In this document: positions 37,482 through 47,500 of the stretch, in pieces
How positions within the stretch are numbered: position 1 is the first letter of the stretch
Layout of the letters: the number at the start of each line of letters is the position of its first letter
Assembly (NCBI GenBank): GCA_964600435.1
Contig: CAZRJB010000001.1
Coordinates: 80,836-144,835 of the forward strand
DNA length: 64,000 nt
Source of the DNA: an uncultured Lachnospiraceae bacterium
Lineage (GTDB): Bacteria; Bacillota; Clostridia; Christensenellales; UBA1242
Reading direction: 5' to 3'
Notes under the pieces: generated by a model
Told to the model about the DNA's origin: nothing
Databases searched by the model: none
What the model saw: the letters and a program-made list of their open reading frames with translations, nothing else
Position numbers and translations under genes: made by a program

Positions 37482-38441
37482 TTGGATAAAAAAAAGTTTT
37501 ACACAGATTCGGATTCAAGCAGGGTTTTTTTGTGGGCTTTGTTATTGCCCCAAGTTGTTTCTTTAATTCTTGCATTGGTTTTTTCTTTTATATATAAAAA
37601 CGAAACCGAGATGATTTCATCATTGTTCTATTTAATTGTGTCGGCACTTTTGGCGCAGGCATGTTTTGCCTTTATTGTTTTTTATTACAACAAAAAGAAC
37701 AAAATTAATGTTAAAATTGCAACCAGAACAAGTTTTAACCTTAATTTAAAAAATGTTCTTGTTTGCTTGCTTATATCCATAATTGCTGTTTTTGGTTTTG
37801 TTAACATAATAACATTAATATCCAACGCATTAACAAGTATTGGCTTTCCAGATGGAGTTTCGTTGCCAAACAACACATTTTATTGGTTTATAATCAATGT
37901 GGCAATTTTGGCGTTTTTACCTTGTGTTTTAGAAGAAATGATTTTTAGGGGAACAATTTTTAATGGTCTGCGTTGCAAAGGTTTTGTTTTTGCAACTTTA
38001 ATTTCATCACTAATGTTTGCAATTGTTCACTTGTCGGTTAAGCAATTTGTTTTTCCTTTTGTAATGGGTGTTGTTTTTTGCTTTATTTTTGAAAAAACTG
38101 GCTCTTTGATATATTCCATGATCACTCATTTCTGTAATAATTTTATTGTGTTGTTAATATCTTACATTGGTAACAAAACTGGGCAAAATTTGGCAATGTT
38201 ACAAATTGATAATATCTATATAATGGTTGCCATTTCTGCCATAATTGCAGCCGTTTCTGCAGTGATAATTTTTCTTTTAGTAAAATTTGTGCTAAAAAGC
38301 AACCAAAAAGAACAAAATTTAAACGTGCAAACTTGCAAACCTTTAACTGAAAATCAAGAACAAAACAGCAAAAACATTGCAGTTGCACTTGCTGCGGGAA
38401 TTGCTTTATGGTTGGTTTATGTTGTTTTAAGCATTTGTTAA
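37482..38441 (+). CDS. CPBP-family intramembrane glutamic endopeptidase (paralogue 1)
   Basis: The EEMIFRG, FAIVH and HFCNN motifs sit in a polytopic membrane protein. The start is TTG. Confidence 0.8.
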   Translation: MDKKKFYTDSDSSRVFLWALLLPQVVSLILALVFSFIYKNETEMISSLFYLIVSALLAQACFAFIVFYYNKKNKINVKIATRTSFNLNLKNVLVCLLISIIAVFGFVNIITLISNALTSIGFPDGVSLPNNTFYWFIINVAILAFLPCVLEEMIFRGTIFNGLRCKGFVFATLISSLMFAIVHLSVKQFVFPFVMGVVFCFIFEKTGSLIYSMITHFCNNFIVLLISYIGNKTGQNLAMLQIDNIYIMVAISAIIAAVSAVIIFLLVKFVLKSNQKEQNLNVQTCKPLTENQEQNSKNIAVALAAGIALWLVYVVLSIC

Positions 38442-38463
38442 ATCATTTATAAATCGGAGAATT

Positions 38464-39612
38464 ATGAACAAAAAGAATAGTATATTTTTTGATACAAGCC
38501 TTATATATTTTATTGTTGTCTTATGCCTTATTGGCACAAGAATTTTTTCTTACTACGCAAACGTTAACCAAACAATTAGCATAATTTTAAATTTGCTTAT
38601 TCAAATTGGAATAATGTTTTTCTTGCCTTTCATTTTGTATAAAACAATAAGAAAGAAAAAAACGACTCAAGTGTTTAAAGAATTTAACGTTAAAAAAATT
38701 AGCATAAAAGCGGTTTTAATAACAATTTTAATTGGCATAATAATATATTTTTTAAACATTGCCGTTGCTTCATTCTTTAACATTTTCATATATTCAACTG
38801 GCTATGACCCAAGTTTTGGAATGTCTTCAGCAACCGAAACATATAGTGTTTGGGCATTTTTGCTGGATGTGTTTTTGTCAGCAATCTTGCCAGGCATATG
38901 TGAAGAATTTTGCCATAGAGGTTTGCTTTTAAACGGATATAAACAGTTAGACATAAAAAAAACAATCGTTCTTGTTGGGTTTTTGTTTGGTTTGGTTCAT
39001 TTAAACATTCAGCAATTTTTTTATGCAAGCGTGATTGGCATGTTTTTAACTTTCATGGTTTATGTAACAGGTTCAATTATTCCATCAATGATTGTCCATT
39101 TTATGAACAATTTTATTGGCCTATATTTAACATTTGCACAATATAACAATTTGCCATTTGGTAATTTTGCAGATAATTTGGAAAACATGCTTATAAACAG
39201 CAATCCGGCCTATGCATTTATGTTGATAATAATTGTTGTTGTTTTCTTCCTTGGAATGTTGGCATATTTAATGTTTAAGTTAATGAAAAACACAAGAGTT
39301 AAGCAATTTGAAATGCTTGCAAAAAAAGCAATAGACAAAAAACAAAGAGAAGAGCTTTTTAAAGAGTTTAATCTTGACCCTTCAGACGGCGAACAAAACA
39401 GTCAAGAAAACATGCCAGAAATTGTTGTTGCAAACAGTATTATTCCAAACGGTAAACGTGGCATGATCGTGGATATAAATTTTTCTAACAACATTTTAGA
39501 AGGCGACTACTTTATTGCAAAACCAACTCTTAAAGACAAAATGTTCCTTTATGGTACAATTTTTATGGGAATAGCAATAACTTTTAGTTCCTTAATTTGG
39601 GGAATTTTGTAA
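38464..39612 (+). CDS. CPBP-family intramembrane glutamic endopeptidase (paralogue 2) with a soluble C-terminal extension
   Basis: EEFCHRG, FGLVH and HFMNN motifs, plus about 90 aa of charged C-terminal region and a final TM. Confidence 0.8.
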   Translation: MNKKNSIFFDTSLIYFIVVLCLIGTRIFSYYANVNQTISIILNLLIQIGIMFFLPFILYKTIRKKKTTQVFKEFNVKKISIKAVLITILIGIIIYFLNIAVASFFNIFIYSTGYDPSFGMSSATETYSVWAFLLDVFLSAILPGICEEFCHRGLLLNGYKQLDIKKTIVLVGFLFGLVHLNIQQFFYASVIGMFLTFMVYVTGSIIPSMIVHFMNNFIGLYLTFAQYNNLPFGNFADNLENMLINSNPAYAFMLIIIVVVFFLGMLAYLMFKLMKNTRVKQFEMLAKKAIDKKQREELFKEFNLDPSDGEQNSQENMPEIVVANSIIPNGKRGMIVDINFSNNILEGDYFIAKPTLKDKMFLYGTIFMGIAITFSSLIWGIL

Positions 39613-39613
39613 T

Positions 39614-40072
39614 ATGCTAAAAATAAACATAGTGTGTGTGGGAAACTTAAAAGACAAGTTTTTTACAGATGCAAGTCAAGAATATTTAAAAAGGCTTTCT
39701 CGCTTTTGTGTGTGCAACATTAAAGAGTTAAAAGAGTGCAACAATTTAGACACAACAGAGCAAATTCAAAATGCAGAAGGTCAAGAGATTTTAAAAAACA
39801 TTAAAGGTTATTTTGTTTTGTTAGATGTTAAGGGGGACCCATGCACAAGTGAAGAGTTTGCTCAAAACATTCAAAAAATTTCTCACCAAAACAGTGAAAT
39901 AACTTTTGTTATTGGTGGTTCGTATGGTGTTAGTCAATGTGTTAAATCAAGTGCCAACTTGGTTATAAGTTTTTCAAAAATGACTTTTCCTCATCGCTTG
40001 TTTAGAATCATGCTGTTAGAACAGGTTTATAGGGCATTTACAATTTTAAACAACATAAGTTATCATAAGTAG
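39614..40072 (+). CDS. rlmH: 23S rRNA (pseudouridine1915-N3)-methyltransferase RlmH
   Basis: 152 aa SPOUT fold; FVIGGSYG and SFSKMTFPH motifs. Confidence 0.9.
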   Translation: MLKINIVCVGNLKDKFFTDASQEYLKRLSRFCVCNIKELKECNNLDTTEQIQNAEGQEILKNIKGYFVLLDVKGDPCTSEEFAQNIQKISHQNSEITFVIGGSYGVSQCVKSSANLVISFSKMTFPHRLFRIMLLEQVYRAFTILNNISYHK

Positions 40073-40083
40073 AGAAAGAAAAC

Positions 40084-40539
40084 ATGAACAAAAATTTTAT
40101 GACAATTGCTTTAAAGGAAGCAAAAAAGAGTTACAACCTAAACGAAGTTCCGGTTGGGGCTGTTATTGAAAAAAATGGAGAAATAATTTCAAAAGCACAC
40201 AACACTAGAAACAAAACTCAAAATGCAATAAATCATGCAGAAATTTTGGCAATTTCAAAAGCGTGCAAAAAATTAAAATCTTGGCGGTTGGACGATTGCA
40301 ATATATATGTAACATTGGAACCGTGTCCAATGTGTGCAGGTGCAATTTTAAATGCTCGAATCAAAAATTTATATTTTGGAGCATTCGATAAAACAAGCAA
40401 AACAGACTTAACAAACATCATAATGCAAGATGATAGGCTTAATCACAAAACAAATGTTTGTGGTGGTATAGAAATGGAAGAATGTGGTCACTTGCTAACT
40501 CAATTTTTTGCCGAGAAAAGAAAAAAATCCATACATTAA
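40084..40539 (+). CDS. tadA: tRNA adenosine(34) deaminase TadA
   Basis: HAEILAI and PCPMCAGA zinc-binding motifs. Confidence 0.93.
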   Translation: MNKNFMTIALKEAKKSYNLNEVPVGAVIEKNGEIISKAHNTRNKTQNAINHAEILAISKACKKLKSWRLDDCNIYVTLEPCPMCAGAILNARIKNLYFGAFDKTSKTDLTNIIMQDDRLNHKTNVCGGIEMEECGHLLTQFFAEKRKKSIH

Positions 40540-40545
40540 TAAATA

Positions 40546-40827
40546 TTGTTAAGCATATCATATGATATGTTTAATTTTTTTGATGAAATCAAAAACAAAT
40601 GCAAGAATGCTCAAGCAAAAATTGCCCCATATCAATGCGTTCTAATTGGAAATTTTTTGTTGTATGTGGAAGGTTTTTCATCGCTAATGACATACACAGA
40701 ACAAACAATTGTTTTTAAGGTTAAAGGCGGGGTTATAACCGTTTATGGCGAAAATTTAAGTTTAAAAGAGTTGTCACCAAACACAATAACCATTCAAGGG
40801 AAAATTATTAACCTGGAGTGCCTATGA
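40546..40827 (+). CDS. yqfC: YabP/YqfC-family sporulation protein
   Basis: About 90 aa, ending ...ITIQGKIINLE, immediately upstream of yqfD as in Bacillus. The start codon is uncertain (TTG 40546 or ATG 40567). Confidence 0.6.
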   Translation: MLSISYDMFNFFDEIKNKCKNAQAKIAPYQCVLIGNFLLYVEGFSSLMTYTEQTIVFKVKGGVITVYGENLSLKELSPNTITIQGKIINLECL

Positions 40828-41945
40828 AAAATTTAACTCAATTTGTCATTAAAAATCTTAACAAAGAAAAAATCCTAAAACAATTATCAAAAATAACCAG
40901 CATATATAATGTAAAAATCAAACAAAACCAACTATTTTTTTCTGTTCCTCAAAAAAATAAAAAAAAGGTTGAAAACTTTTTATCTCAAAAAGAAATTGAA
41001 GTTTTAAAAATAGAAAATAAAGGGTTTTTTAGTTTTTTATCAAAAACAGTGTTAAGAATTGGTGTCATAATTCCAATTGCCCTGTTTTGTGTTTTTTTGT
41101 TTGTTTCCAATATGTTTGTTTTTAAATATCAAATAATAGGCACAGAACTTGTGGATAATGCACAAATAGAAAAAGTGTTAAAAGATAACAATGTTTATGG
41201 AATAATAACAAAACAAAGCATAAACAAAGCCTATTTAGAAAATCAAATTTTGGATATAGACAAAGTTAGTTTGGTAAGTGTAATAATAAAGGGCAACACG
41301 TTAATTGTTAACATAAAAGAAAAACTATACAATCAAGAGTTTGAAGAAAAGGACGGATTTGCTCCATTAAAAAGTCAGTTTAATGGAATCATAACTGAAA
41401 TAAGCTTAATTCAAGGCACTCCGCTTGTAAAAGTGGGACAAACAGTAAAAATAGGACAAAACCTGATTGCACCATATGTTACTGACACATCTGGCCAAAA
41501 GTTGGCAATCAAACCAATGGCAGATATAAAGGCTGATGTGTTTTTAACAACGGTTACTTTAGTGCCAAACAGAAAAATTGAAATGGTGGACACGGGTAAT
41601 GTTTTAAAAACAAAAAACATATCGCTGTTTGGGCAAAACATATATTCCAATAATGCGGAGTGTAATTTTAAAAAATATCGAACACAAACAACAAACATTA
41701 ACATGACATCAAACCTTCTTTTGCCAATAAAAATTGAAGAAACAACATTTTTTGAGCAAAACGAAGTTATAATAGAAAACTACTTTGAAAAGAACAAAGA
41801 ACAAATAATGCAAGATTGCCAACAAAAAACTAGACAATTGGTTAAAAGTTGTGAGATAATAAAAGAAGAATACAATGTTGTTACAACAAATGCAAACATA
41901 AATCAAATAACACACACAGTGGTTGTAAACAAATCTATATGCTAA
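40824..41945 (+). CDS. yqfD: Sporulation protein YqfD
   Basis: About 373 aa with a single central TM segment, in the yqfC-yqfD-...-ybeY-era-recO synteny. GGAG precedes the ATG at 40824. Confidence 0.7.
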   Translation: MKNLTQFVIKNLNKEKILKQLSKITSIYNVKIKQNQLFFSVPQKNKKKVENFLSQKEIEVLKIENKGFFSFLSKTVLRIGVIIPIALFCVFLFVSNMFVFKYQIIGTELVDNAQIEKVLKDNNVYGIITKQSINKAYLENQILDIDKVSLVSVIIKGNTLIVNIKEKLYNQEFEEKDGFAPLKSQFNGIITEISLIQGTPLVKVGQTVKIGQNLIAPYVTDTSGQKLAIKPMADIKADVFLTTVTLVPNRKIEMVDTGNVLKTKNISLFGQNIYSNNAECNFKKYRTQTTNINMTSNLLLPIKIEETTFFEQNEVIIENYFEKNKEQIMQDCQQKTRQLVKSCEIIKEEYNVVTTNANINQITHTVVVNKSIC

Positions 41946-41954
41946 GGGTGAATC

Positions 41955-42413
41955 ATGACAATAAATTTTACTAATTTTGAAAAAGAGGAACAACAAAACA
42001 TTAAAAAGGTTTTTAAAGTTGCACAAAAAGAACTTAACCTTCCATCAAATTTGGAAATCAATATGGTTATTGTTTCTCCAGAAGAAATAAAAGTTTTAAA
42101 CAACAATTTTAGGCAAATTGATAAAGTAACAGATGTTTTGTCTTTTCCAATGCTAAATAATTTAAGCGAACTAAACAACGAATGCGATGCTTTGCTTGGT
42201 GATGTTAATATAGGTGACATATATATATGCAAAGAGCGTGCATTGTCACAAGCTAAAGAGTTTGGTCATGGCATAAAAAGAGAATTGTGTTTTTTATCAA
42301 TTCATGGGCTTTTGCACCTTTTGGGTTATGACCATATTAAAAAAGAAGAAGAAAAAACAATGTTTAGTTTGCAAGATACAATTTTAAACAAGGCAAAAAT
42401 AGACAGGGTTTAA
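41955..42413 (+). CDS. ybeY: rRNA maturation endoribonuclease YbeY
   Basis: HGLLHLLGYDH zinc-binding motif. Confidence 0.93.
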   Translation: MTINFTNFEKEEQQNIKKVFKVAQKELNLPSNLEINMVIVSPEEIKVLNNNFRQIDKVTDVLSFPMLNNLSELNNECDALLGDVNIGDIYICKERALSQAKEFGHGIKRELCFLSIHGLLHLLGYDHIKKEEEKTMFSLQDTILNKAKIDRV

Positions 42414-42426
42414 CAAGGAGAACAAC

Positions 42427-43323
42427 ATGAGTTATAAAAGCGGATACATATGCTTGGTTGGCAAAGCGAATGCGGGAAAAAGCACTTTAATTAATGCATT
42501 AATTGGAGAAAAGGTTGCAATTGTTTCTCCAAAGCCACAAACAACACGAAATAACATATTAGGCATTTTAACCAGACAAAATCATCAATTTGTTTTTGTG
42601 GACACTCCGGGCATCCACATTTCAAAAAATGCTCTAGATAAATATATGATGAAAAATGTACGTTCGGCCATTGGCGGAAGCGATATTGTTGTGTATTTAA
42701 TTGATGGAAGCAAAAAATTGCTAGATGATGAAATAAAATATGTAGAAAATTTATGCCAAAAAGATAATCCGGTTATTGTTGCAATAACAAAGGTGGACAT
42801 TTCTAATTATGAAAAAGTTTATCCAATGCTAGCTAAATTGTCAGAAATAAAAAAAATAAAAGAAATAATTCCACTATCATCGCTAAAAAAACGTAATTTA
42901 GATGTGTTAGAAAATGCCATTTTAAATCTTTTGCCAGAAAGCAACGAAAAAAATTTTATATTTTCAGAAGACGAGTACACAATCAAATCAATCAAATTTT
43001 TGGTTGCTGAAATTGTAAGAGAAAAAGCACTCTATTTATATGATGAAGAGATTCCGCACGGCATTGCAATTGAAGTTGTTAAGTTTGAACAAACTGATTT
43101 TGTTACTTACATAGACATAGATATCATTTGTGAAAGAGATAGTCATAAGTCAATTTTGATTGGTAAGCATGGTTACAAATTAAAAGAACTAGGCGAACAG
43201 TCAAGAAAAGACATGGAAAATTTGATTGGGCAAAAGGTTATGTTAAAATTGTTTGTTAAAACAAAGAAAAATTGGAGAAACAGCATTAGCGAACTTAACG
43301 ATTTTGGGTATAATGACAACTAA
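42427..43323 (+). CDS. era: GTPase Era
   Basis: GKANAGKSTL, DTPG and TKVD G motifs plus a KH C-terminus. Confidence 0.95.
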   Translation: MSYKSGYICLVGKANAGKSTLINALIGEKVAIVSPKPQTTRNNILGILTRQNHQFVFVDTPGIHISKNALDKYMMKNVRSAIGGSDIVVYLIDGSKKLLDDEIKYVENLCQKDNPVIVAITKVDISNYEKVYPMLAKLSEIKKIKEIIPLSSLKKRNLDVLENAILNLLPESNEKNFIFSEDEYTIKSIKFLVAEIVREKALYLYDEEIPHGIAIEVVKFEQTDFVTYIDIDIICERDSHKSILIGKHGYKLKELGEQSRKDMENLIGQKVMLKLFVKTKKNWRNSISELNDFGYNDN

Positions 43324-43420
43324 GAATAAAAATTTTTTTATTTTTTTATTAAAAATGTTTTCATTTTTTTGAAAAATTGCATACAATACTTATATAGATT
43401 AAAAACAAGGGAGGTAATAT

Positions 43421-43573
43421 ATGAAAAAAGGTTTTTCTGGTGTGGCATCAAGACTATCTTGGGAACTTTTTAAAAGGTCAGGAAAAATTAATTATTACCT
43501 TCTATATAACCAAATAGAAAACGCCACCGAGCAAACGTTAGAGTTAAATTCAAATGGTGAGAGAGAACTGTAA
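43421..43573 (+). CDS. yqzL: YqzL-family small protein (50 aa), absent from the ORF track
   Basis: AAGGGAGG RBS. MKKGFSGVASRLSWELFKRSGKINYYLLYNQIENATEQTLELNSNGEREL resembles B. subtilis YqzL (W-x-x-F-x-x-x-G-x-I-x-x-Y-L-L-x). It occupies the same era-yqzL-recO position. Confidence 0.7.
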   Translation: MKKGFSGVASRLSWELFKRSGKINYYLLYNQIENATEQTLELNSNGEREL

Positions 43574-43582
43574 AAACATAAA

Positions 43583-44293
43583 ATGCAAGAAACAAAGATA
43601 AAGGCCATTGTTGTTGGCAATTTAAACTATAAAGAAAAAGATATGCTTGTCACCCTGTTTTCACTAGAAGAAGGAATAATAACGGTGACTTTTAAAGGTG
43701 TAAAAAATCAAAATGCAAAACTAAAGTCTGCCAAAGAACTTTTTTCTTTCGGCGATTTTATTTATTCAAAAGGCAAAGTTAATGTTGTAACATCTGCAAA
43801 CATAATAGACACTTTTCACAACATAACAAAAAACATTTCAAACTATTTTGTTGCATGTAACATTATAAAAGTTATAAAAACAATATTGCCAGACGGCGAA
43901 ACAAGTCCAAAACTGTTTGTGGACACATTAAAATGCTTTGACTTGTTAAGCGATGGAACAATTGACAATTTATATGTTTTAAATAAATTTCTTATTGGTG
44001 TGTTTGAGGGGTTTGGGTATCAGTTTAACTTAAACAAATGCTCAAGTTGTGGCAACCCCTTTTTAAGCCGCAGATTTATGAATCTTAAATATGGTGACAT
44101 AACATGTTATCAGTGCAGGGTGGGTGAAGTTGAAGAACTGAGTTCTGCAACATACTCAGCAATCAGATTGCTGTCGCAAACAGACTATTCTAATTTAAAA
44201 ACGTTAAAAATAAAAAGCAATATTTTAAAAGATGCGTTTGAACTCTTGCATAAAAATTATATGTATAGATTTAACCAAAAACTTGACACATAA
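43583..44293 (+). CDS. recO: DNA repair protein RecO
   Basis: 236 aa with an OB-fold N-terminus and a CSSCG ... CYQC zinc motif, located downstream of era. Confidence 0.88.
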   Translation: MQETKIKAIVVGNLNYKEKDMLVTLFSLEEGIITVTFKGVKNQNAKLKSAKELFSFGDFIYSKGKVNVVTSANIIDTFHNITKNISNYFVACNIIKVIKTILPDGETSPKLFVDTLKCFDLLSDGTIDNLYVLNKFLIGVFEGFGYQFNLNKCSSCGNPFLSRRFMNLKYGDITCYQCRVGEVEELSSATYSAIRLLSQTDYSNLKTLKIKSNILKDAFELLHKNYMYRFNQKLDT

Positions 44294-44357
44294 ATCAAAT
44301 ATTCCAAACTTATTGATTAAAATTTTAAAAAGTTGGAAATAATTTTTTAAAATCTAG

Positions 44358-44386
44358 TTGACAATCATTAGAGTTGTTGATATAAT
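44358..44386 (+). promoter_or_regulatory. Consensus SigA promoter of rpoBC (leader about 180 nt)
   Basis: TTGACA (44358-44363), 17-bp spacer, TATAAT (44381-44386). Confidence 0.75.
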
Positions 44387-44572
44387 GACACAAGGAATAT
44401 TAGTATTAGAGTGAAAAAAAGTATGTATATTCTTTAATAAATATATAGGTTGCAGGCAAATGTTAGCCAGTTTTTTATTGGACATTGTGCTTGCTATTTT
44501 CACGTCTAAATGGTTAAAACCTGTTTTACTTTAATTCTAAAACTTTACATTCAACTAAAGGGAGCACATTTT

Positions 44573-47500
44573 ATGCAAGAAAAAATGCCTACATTAAAAA
44601 AAGTTATGTATGGAACAACTGAAAGATATTCTTTTTCTAAACTTGAAAACGCTTGTGAACTTCCAGACCTTTTGGAAATTCAAAAAAATGCATACAAAGA
44701 GTTTTTAGAGCATGGAATTTTAGAAATCTTAAAAGAACAATCTCCAATCACAGATTATAGTGGCAAAGCAAAACTATATTTCACTGGGGTGGATCTTGGC
44801 AAAGAACCAAAATATTCAATAAAAGATTGCAAAATCAGAAAGGCAGCTTATAGCGTTCCGCTAAAAGTTAATGCACGTCTTGTTGTTGAAGACAGTGGTG
44901 AAGCAATCGACCAAGAAGTTTATCTATGCGACATTCCGCTAATGACAAATCAGGGTTCTTTTGTGTTTAACGGAACAGAAAGGGTTATTGTTAGCCAAAT
45001 TTCTCGTTCGCCAAGTGTTTATTTCACTCGTGATAAAGATGATAACTCAACACTAAAAGCACAACTTTATCCTGACCACGGAACTTGGCTTGAAATCGAG
45101 CAAGGCGCAAACGAAGTTTTAAAAATTGTTTTAGACCGTACTCAAAAAATAACTTTAGGGCTGTTCTTAAAATGCTTTGGTTATTCAAATGATGACATAA
45201 TGACTCTTTTTGGCAACCATAGACTTATCAAAAACGTTCTAGAAAAAGAGCCTCAAACATCTCAAGAAGAAGCATTAATAGAACTTGCAAGAAAAACTCG
45301 TCCTTCAGATGTTCCTTCTGCAGAAAGCACAAGAAACTATATCAATGCTCTTTTCTTTACCGATGCATACTATAATATCAACCGTGTTGGTAGGTATAAA
45401 ATGAACCAAAAATTATCAATTGCAAACAGATTGATAGATTTAATTTCAGCAGACAACATTGCAATAGACGATGAAGTTGTTATCAAACAAGGTGAACAAT
45501 TCACATACGAAGTTGCACGTCAAATTCAAGATGCAGGCATAAACGAAGTTTGGGTTTTGGTAAATGGCGAAAGGCACTTAATTAGAGGTAACAACCGTGT
45601 TAAATTGTCTAAAGTGTTCCCTTGTGACGAAAAAGAACTTGGTGTGTTAGAAGATGTATACTATCCAGTTCTTGCACAAATTTTAAAAGAAAACAAAACA
45701 AAAGAAAAACGTATTGAAGCAATCCGCAACCACACAAGAGATTTGTTAATCACAACATTAACTATGGACGATATTTTGGCTTCAATATCATATTACTTAG
45801 ATTTAATAGACGGCATTGGCAAAATAGACAACATTGACCACTTGTCAAACAAACGTATTGCATCTGTGGGAGAGTTATTAGGCAATGCATTCAGATCAGG
45901 TATTAAAAAACTTGGTGCATACATCAAAGAAACTTTGCAAGGTAAAGAATTAACTGATGTAACTCCATCACAAATTATCAATCCAAGGCCTGTAAACAAA
46001 AGTTTGAAAGATTTTATTGCTCAATCTCAACTCTCTCAATTTATGGACCAAATCAATCCATTGTCTGGCTTAACACAAAAACGTAGGCTTTCGGCTGTTG
46101 GCCCTGGCGGTGTTAAAAAAGAAAGGGCAAGCGCTGAACTTCGTGATATTCATTACACACATTATGGAAGAATCTGCGCCATCGAAACTCCAGAAGGTCA
46201 ATCAATTGGTTTGATTTCAACTTTGGCATCATATGCAAAAGTTAACGAATATGGCTTCTTGGAAACCCCATACAGAAAAGTTAACAAAGAAACAGGTGCG
46301 GTTGAAAAAACTTCAGAATATCACATGTCAGACATAGAAGACAGAGCATACATTTGCCAAGCAACTGAACCTCTTGACGAAAATGGCAAATTTATTAATA
46401 AACGTATAATTTGTCGCCATGGCAGTGCAATTTTAGAAGTGCCTGCTCACAAAGTAGATTACATGGATGTTTCTCCACGTCAATTCATTTCTGCTGCGGC
46501 TTCACTTATTCCATTTATTGAAAACGACGATGCTGCACGTGCATTGATGGGTTCAAACATGCAACGTCAAGCAGTTCCAATTCTTCGTCCAGAAGCACCA
46601 ATTGTTGGAACAGGAATGGAACGTCCAATTGCAAAAGATTGTGGAGCAATGATTTCTGCTCCAGAAAATGGAACGGTAACATATGTTTCTTCATATCATG
46701 TAGATTTTCTTGGTGATAGTGGAAAAGAATATTCGTTCCCATTAATAAAATTTGACAAAACAAATGCATACACTTGTCAAAACCAAAAACCAGCAGTAAA
46801 AAAGGGTCAAAAGGTTAAAAAAGGTGATGTGTTAATAGATGGCTATTCAACTCAAAATGGTGAATTGGCTTTGGGTAAAAACGTTCTTGTTGGCTACATG
46901 AACTGGGAAGGTTACAACTACGAAGATGCTATTTTAATCTCAGAACGAATTGTTAAAGACGATGTTTACACATCAATCAACTTAAAAGACGTTGAAATGC
47001 CTTGCAGAACAACAAAACTAGGTGATGAAGAAATCACACGTGACATTCCAAATCTTGGTGAAGATGCATTAAAAAATCTTGACGAGAATGGTATTGTTAG
47101 AATTGGTAGCGAAGTTCACCCAGGCGATATTTTGGTTGGTAAGGTAACTCCAAAAGGTGAAACAGAATTAACTCCAGAAGAACGTTTGTTGCGTGCAATT
47201 TTTGGTGATAAAGCCCGTGAAGTTAGAGACACTTCTTTGCGTGTTAAACACGGATGTGGTGGAACAGTTGTAGACGTTCAAGTTCTTTCTAAAAAGAATC
47301 ATGACGACTTAGATCCAGGTGTAACAATGCTTGTTAAAGTATACATTGCTCAACGCCGTAAGTTGTCTGTTGGTGATAAAATGTCTGGTCGTCACGGAAA
47401 CAAAGGTGTTGTTTCTCGCGTGTTGCCAGAAGCAGACATGCCATTCTTAGCAGATGGTAGACCTTTAGACCTTGTGTTAAACCCATTGGGTATTCCTTCT

